From Macrostomum lignano (taxonomy: Eukaryota): a stretch of 64,000 nt of DNA. Below the pieces are notes generated by a model. That model was not told the DNA's origin and searched no databases. It saw only the letters and a program-made list of their open reading frames with translations. Location: NCBI GenBank assembly GCA_002269645.1, contig NIVC01000925.1, positions 180,933-244,932 of the forward strand, written 5' to 3'. The first letter of the stretch is position 1. Each line of letters begins with the position of its first letter. Both the position numbers and the translations under genes were made by a program. Below are positions 59,036-64,000 of the stretch, piece after piece.

Positions 59036-61081
59036 TTATATTTGAGTAGGAGGTTTTTCCAAATAAGCAGTAGAGGGAAAAACATAACCAAACGACGTAC
59101 TACCACATACAACGCACCACGAATAAAATGTGCAGCATCCGCTCCACCAGTTCGAGCACCAAAACCCATAAGGGTTCCAGATTTATCTAAAGTTCCCCAA
59201 GTTCCACTATCATATGTGAAAACGTTCTGTCCAATGAGGGTAAAAGAATCACCAGCAACATTGTATGACTGTAATCGGTACCAAACCCTTTGATTTAAAA
59301 TATTAACTTCAAATAAATGCCAATTGCCGTTATCAATATTAGCATAGGCTACAGTTTGATCTGCGCCAGTATTAACATCCCGCGCGGCTTGATCCGTCTG
59401 ATTTTTTATTACTCCAAACAACTCCAAACCTATCAGTCCACTCACTTGCAAAAACTATCAGCCCGGCGTCGGTTGATAATCCAGTTCCAAATTCCGATGT
59501 TGGACGTTGGTGACAGTATGCATAAAACCAAACCGCATCTGCACCATCTCCTGTAGAATTAGCAACTCGGAAAAAGAAAGACGCAGATATATTTTGAAAA
59601 TGTGTGAAATTGAATTGTAAAGCACCACTTACTCCAGGAGTTTCACGAGTAATTCTAGCGCCGTTTTGATAATCGATATAAGAAGCATCGCTAATTAAAG
59701 AACCGACTGGATATATATCTCCGGCGGTTGTTGGATTTTGATATCCAGACCAATTGCAAATTACTGGTTCGAACAAGGCCGCATCAATAGCAGGTATTCC
59801 ATCCAATTTATTTTTATCGCTTCCAGACATTCTACCATTTGATGTTGGAGTAGCTAGCTGATCTACGTACGCTCGCGGAACTGCAGAAAGTATTTGAGTT
59901 GGCCAATTAAGATCTTGAATTTCAACACGGTGTTCAAATAATTGTATTTGACGAACCTCGATAGGTTGTGTACCGGTACCACCAGTTGGGAAGAATACGC
60001 TATAATATTTCCAAAAATTAGTCGTTAAATTAGATAGAGCAAATGATGTTGCTTGAACTGGTGATCCCGACGTAGTTAATGTCGTCCATGAATCGGTAGC
60101 AACATTTTTTGCGCGAACCGACCACCCCGAGGGTATCTCAATTGTTTCACTGCCTGTAATTCTTAATTCAAATATTCTTCTATTATAACCTAAAAATTCA
60201 AATTGAATTTCCATATTGGTTGTGGTTCCGGTATTTGGTGACCATTGTGTCGCAAGGCTTCCATCTCCAACTCGAAAAGCTGTGTTGCCATTTTCAGATG
60301 CTGTAAGAACAACATCAGGATTTGAAGTATTTGATGTAAGCGGCGTGGTAAAAATATCGGCGTCGGTTGCATTAGCTCGCTCGTTTACTTGGCCTAGAGT
60401 TATCGAGTCTGCGTTCTCTGTTCCAAATAATAAATTTGTTAATTTAAAATTATTCATATTAATATTTCCACTACGAGTGGCAACTTGATTATCGACATAG
60501 TTCTTATCAACCACTGAATCACTAGTTGTAATTGAAACATTTATAATTCGGTTGTTGCTCATATCTAGGTTTCCGGTTGCGGTGGTTTGAACATAACGTG
60601 AATCAGAATCAGTTCGAGAATAAGAATCAGTTACATCTCTTTTTAAATTTAATCCATTATCAACTTCGGTTTTGGTATAAGAATCGGCTACGTTCCGTTT
60701 CAAATTTAATGAATTATCAACTTCGGTTTTGGTATAAGAATCGGCTGTATTGCGTTTTAAATTTAATGAATTATCAACTTCGGTTTTGGTATAGGAATCG
60801 GCTGTATTGCGTTTTAAATTTAATGAATTATCAACTTCGGTTTTGGTATAGGAATCGGCTACGTTCCGTTTCAGATTTAGTGAATCATCTATTTGAGTTT
60901 TGGTATAGGAATCTGCAACATTTCTTTTTAAATTTAATTTATTATCAACTTCAGTTTTTTTATAACCTTCATCCTCATTAATATATCGATTATCTCCAAA
61001 TGTAACACTTATTCCACCAGATGTGCCACCACCACCACTACTTGTTGTTCCGTTCCATGAGGGTGTTCCAGAAAATAACAT
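59036..61081 (-). CDS. Fibre/receptor-binding protein: 19-aa repeats, stalk motifs, F5/8C (discoidin)-like and L-lectin-like domains; frameshifted near 59405
   Basis: Six YTKTEVDNSLNLKRNxADS repeats (57 bp), GNLDMSNNRIINV..KNYVD stalk motifs, ASENGNTAFRVGDG..QW..PSGWSV..YY discoidin pattern and ATPTSNGRMSGSDKNKLDGI. The lectin pattern GADAVWF continues in the +1 frame as NIDNGNWH..GFGARTGG..HFIR. Confidence 0.7.
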
Positions 61082-61118
61082 TTTTTACTGTCTATTTTAT
61101 AGAGTCTAAAATCGAACC

Positions 61119-61559
61119 TTAGGTTCGCATGCTTTGCATGATATTCTTAAATACTTCGGGGGTTTCCTTCGAGTTATTAATTTTATATAAAAAATACAAC
61201 GCCGCTTGCCCGCAATAACTTTTATCAAATGTTTGAAATTGTTCGTGATGATCTCCACATAAACGATTTTTAGTATGATTAAATTTGTCTTTTATTTCCT
61301 GTAACGGAGGAAGCGCGTATGAATCAAAAAAATAAACAAGTTTTGGTTTTGAATAAACTGCTGACCAATGAACACCGTTTTCTTTTGTTGTTTCAATATT
61401 AACAATGAAAGATCCATATTGTGGTAAGTCTTTGATCTCATCTCGCATAACACATCTGAATGGTTTTATTTTTAACTGCCTCGCCCAATTTGTTAATTCG
61501 ATATTGCTTGTTGTGTCCGTTCCATATCTTTGTTTAAAATCATCCCACGTCATGGTCAT
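61119..61559 (-). CDS. Adenain-like cysteine protease (146 aa), intact
   Basis: Catalytic H (NGVHW), D (YFFDSY), oxyanion Q and C (QTFDKSYCG). Confidence 0.9.
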   Translation of the reverse strand: MTMTWDDFKQRYGTDTTSNIELTNWARQLKIKPFRCVMRDEIKDLPQYGSFIVNIETTKENGVHWSAVYSKPKLVYFFDSYALPPLQEIKDKFNHTKNRLCGDHHEQFQTFDKSYCGQAALYFLYKINNSKETPEVFKNIMQSMRT

Positions 61560-61560
61560 T

Positions 61561-61770
61561 TTATGTTCCTGAAAAACTCTTGGTTTTAGTTAGTTTCGTA
61601 GGTGTGGGTTTTAACAATTCCTTTCTTATTTTATCAGCTTGTAACTGCCTTAATTTTGCTAGTTCTAGTTCGTAATTATCTTCAGCTTTTTTAACTTTTT
61701 CTGATTGTTTTTTTATTAAATTATTATTATTATCGTGCTTTGCACGCGAACATGTTGTTCGATTACCCAT
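61561..61770 (-). CDS. Small basic coiled-coil protein (69 aa) with putative N-myristoylation signal
   Basis: MGNRTTCS start; tightly packed between the penton and protease genes. Confidence 0.6.
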   Translation of the reverse strand: MGNRTTCSRAKHDNNNNLIKKQSEKVKKAEDNYELELAKLRQLQADKIRKELLKPTPTKLTKTKSFSGT

Positions 61771-61780
61771 TTTTACAGTA

Positions 61781-62488
61781 CTAAACCTGTTTTATACGTA
61801 AAATTATTGTTATTGACTGCCCACCAAAACTTATTAATCTATCGCTTTCATCTACAATCCTAATATAAATTGATTGAACGCTATATTGATTTAAAGGATA
61901 ATATATTGGGGTTTGGGGTGCAACAATCATTTTCTCTCCAATTGGAACAGCAAGAAATGGGATTGAATAAATAATTCCACGTTGAACCAAAACTCCGTTA
62001 TCGTCTGTTATATAACCACCGTTTGAAATGTCGGTTGTTATATTAATTGTATTTACTCCACCCTCTATATTTCCAACTGTATCACCGGTGCTTGATGTGG
62101 TAACTATTCGGGAATTAAATCCAAGTATGGTTCTGAGTGAATTTGCAATTGTGAAATCAACCTGATATCCGGATCCTAGTGATAGTGTGAATCTGCCAGA
62201 CGGTAAATCAACACCTATAACAATTGCTCCTGCTACCCAATCACCATTAGTTGTTAATTCTCCTTCTATATAAGCATTCAAATCAGTATAGCTATACGCT
62301 CCTGGGTTAACGCTAAATGTTGTCCAATTGGCTCCGGAATCTTTAGAATATCTAAATTGATTATTTGTTGCATTAATTAATTGAGGCATGTTGAAAACCG
62401 AAAATAGTATTAAACCTATTTGATAACTTAGGCTTTGATCAAGTTGTAATGGATCGCGCAATTGAATCCGTTGCTCGCTGGTTGTCAT
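61781..62488 (-). CDS. Minor capsid protein (penton, single jelly roll), 235 aa, intact
   Basis: INATNNQFRY..VNPGAYSYTDLN, VNTINITTDI..GGY, GEKMIVAP..IYYPL and IYIRIVDESDRLISFGGQSITIILRIK match the Polinton penton pattern. Confidence 0.85.
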   Translation of the reverse strand: MTTSEQRIQLRDPLQLDQSLSYQIGLILFSVFNMPQLINATNNQFRYSKDSGANWTTFSVNPGAYSYTDLNAYIEGELTTNGDWVAGAIVIGVDLPSGRFTLSLGSGYQVDFTIANSLRTILGFNSRIVTTSSTGDTVGNIEGGVNTINITTDISNGGYITDDNGVLVQRGIIYSIPFLAVPIGEKMIVAPQTPIYYPLNQYSVQSIYIRIVDESDRLISFGGQSITIILRIKQV

Positions 62489-62562
62489 TATAAACTACCA
62501 GCTAATCGAACTAAATTAGTTCGATCTACCAATTGTTTTATAGTATTTAAATTTGTAGTCAT
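62488..62562 (-). CDS. 24-aa micro-ORF translationally coupled (TAATG) to the penton
   Basis: CACTATAAAAATG start, MTTNLNTIKQLVDRTNLVRLAGSL*; the stop overlaps the penton ATG. Confidence 0.45.
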   Translation of the reverse strand: MTTNLNTIKQLVDRTNLVRLAGSL

Positions 62563-62652
62563 TTTTATAGTGGGAAATTAATCGGACGAAGTCCGCGTTC
62601 CGAAGGTACGCGTGCTATGCACGATCCTCTTCTTCCTCATTATCTTCTTTTA

Positions 62653-63413
62653 TCAAATTTTTAAAATTCTATGTTTCCTTTCTAACCTCGGATTGATATA
62701 AATATGTTTGTATTGGCTATCATCCCAAATTTTTTTACACATACTTTTAAATGGTTTTGCATCCAACCCAGGATTAAATCTCGCGTGAATATTTTGTAGA
62801 TCATAGTTATCTAAATCAAACATTACACAACAGCTAGCATTCTTTTTTATAATCGATTCTAATTCTCTAAAGGATTGAGTAAGATAAAAAGCTCCAATTC
62901 CATCTCCTCTACCACTAACAAAAATTTCCTTTTGCAATTCTTGATCACCGTCATTAATACAATCATCAAAAATAATTAGTGTTTTATCATGTTTTGGAAT
63001 TTGATCATAGGCTAATCGGGTTGATACTCTAACAGTTGGGGCTCGATCGCGACGAAGTCCGCGACCCTTCGGGGCGATCGGTGATATTTTCTGGCTGTTG
63101 TGCCATTGTTTTACATAAATCCTCAATGTCTGCTAGATTAAATCGCGGTTCGTCATCATCCTCATATTGCTCATATGCTCTTAACATTCTAAACAAGACA
63201 TCTTTTTTTAATTTGTTTTTTAATCCATGTTAAGAAATTCATAATATTTTATTCTAGGTTTATTAGTATAAATTATTAAATTATTATAGTCTAACATTCC
63301 ATCTGTTGTTAATAAATCGTAAACAAAGTGTGTTTTTCCTTTACCTGATCCTCGATTACTAAACAAAGAAAAGGATCATTTGGAAATATTTTATTGTGTT
63401 TTGCCTTTACCAT
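62653..63413 (-). pseudogene. A32/FtsK-HerA-like genome packaging ATPase with three frame disruptions
   Basis: Reconstructed MVKAKH..LCLVI(G)GSGKGKT (Walker A), LIIFDD (Walker B), GR..IGAFYLTQSF and IKKN. Breaks at about 63352, 63230 and 63080-63038. Confidence 0.85.
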
Positions 63414-63428
63414 TTTTAAAGAAATAAT

Positions 63429-64000
63429 TTAAATAGGCGCGACGGTCGGAGACCTGCACCGCTTACAGCGGGCGACGTAAAGTGGCGCGTCCCGAACAAT
63501 CGTGCCATCAGCTTTAGCAATTGACATATATTCCTCTAGAAACAATACGTGGGCGTCAAGTGCCTGATTACCGGTTTTATTAATCTCTAACATATAATTA
63601 AGTCCAATATTGGCTACGTTTTCTTTCTGTGCCGTTAGATCATAAACAACCACTGGATGAATGTTTAGAAACTCTGTGGGTGTGTACTGAGGGACGGCAT
63701 ACGCTTCATTTTTGGCATAATCTTGATAATATTTTATAAAATCATTAACATTATTATTTGCTATTTAGATTAAAAGGGGGTCTTTCCGATAATATTGATC
63801 ATCAACTGCAGGCGGATATTCTGACATTAAACTCGTTAATGCTGCAGCCGCATTGTCTGTTGCGGTGGCTGCTTGTTCTGCTATGGCACCGGATGAAGCC
63901 AATATAAATCCCCATTTGCTCTTTTACTCCTTCTATTTGTTATCTTAAACCAAACAAAAATATATCTCACCCGACGTTTTGATGTCAGTATTTGCCACTG
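63429..64000 (-). pseudogene. Major capsid protein (double jelly roll), C-terminal part, several frameshifts or a stop; start beyond the window
   Basis: Fragments RVRYIFVWFKITNRR, DDQYY..FNL, YYQDYAK..PQYTPTEFLNIHPVVVYDLTAQKE and LDAHVLFLEE fit the Polinton MCP C-terminal pattern; it lies next to the ATPase and penton. Confidence 0.7.

Larger units (their letters stand above)
51407..64000. mobile_element. Polinton/Maverick (adintovirus-like) endogenous virus, left terminus to window end (truncated by the window)
   Basis: AGTAGT at 51407 followed by an abrupt switch to an AT-rich, intron-less, tightly packed ORF array: pPolB, adenain protease, penton, A32-like ATPase, capsid C-terminus and pX-like protein. 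Confidence 0.93.

Noticed and set aside
58705-59451. 248-aa ORF as a single gene
   Set aside because: It fuses the frameshifted fibre C-terminus, AT-rich intergenic DNA and a separate gene starting at 59004.
62581-62625. Hammerhead ribozyme (GGACGAA)
   Set aside because: The CUGAUGA and GAAA core is absent; the segment is treated as a DNA hairpin cluster instead.
51407-64000. Retroviral-like integrase gene
   Set aside because: No DDE/rve motif was seen in any ORF in the window; its presence cannot be claimed or excluded beyond 64 kb.

Overview
Eukaryotic (animal-type, very repeat-rich, probably invertebrate) genomic window with two layers. (1) 1-51.4 kb: a + strand host gene for a secreted or cell-surface multi-immunoglobulin protein. 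Nine coding exons (8458-51076) splice by hand into one open frame of about 591 codons: a signal peptide plus five Ig domains, with Ig2 resembling the CDO/BOC/Ihog family. All introns are phase 1. The introns hold many unrelated micro- and minisatellite arrays and an 8.1-kb TIR-bounded non-autonomous element carrying a higher-order 88-bp satellite. Most long ORFs in the track before 51 kb are repeat artefacts. (2) 51.4 kb to the window end: an AT-rich, intron-less, gene-dense Polinton/Maverick (adintovirus-like) endogenous virus that starts with AGTAGT about 330 bp after a host splice donor. It encodes an intact protein-primed PolB with an OTU-like domain, pX-like core proteins, an adenain protease, a penton, a packaging ATPase (frameshifted), the 3' part of the major capsid gene (frameshifted) and a fibre-like protein with discoidin and L-lectin-like domains. 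No integrase lies inside the window. The least explained signals are a family of GC-rich C-GNA-G triloop DNA hairpins, found both between genes and inside pPolB and the ATPase with a compensatory base-pair change, and a 74-bp perfect foldback just inside the left terminus. All domain calls come from motif recognition by eye; no database search was run.
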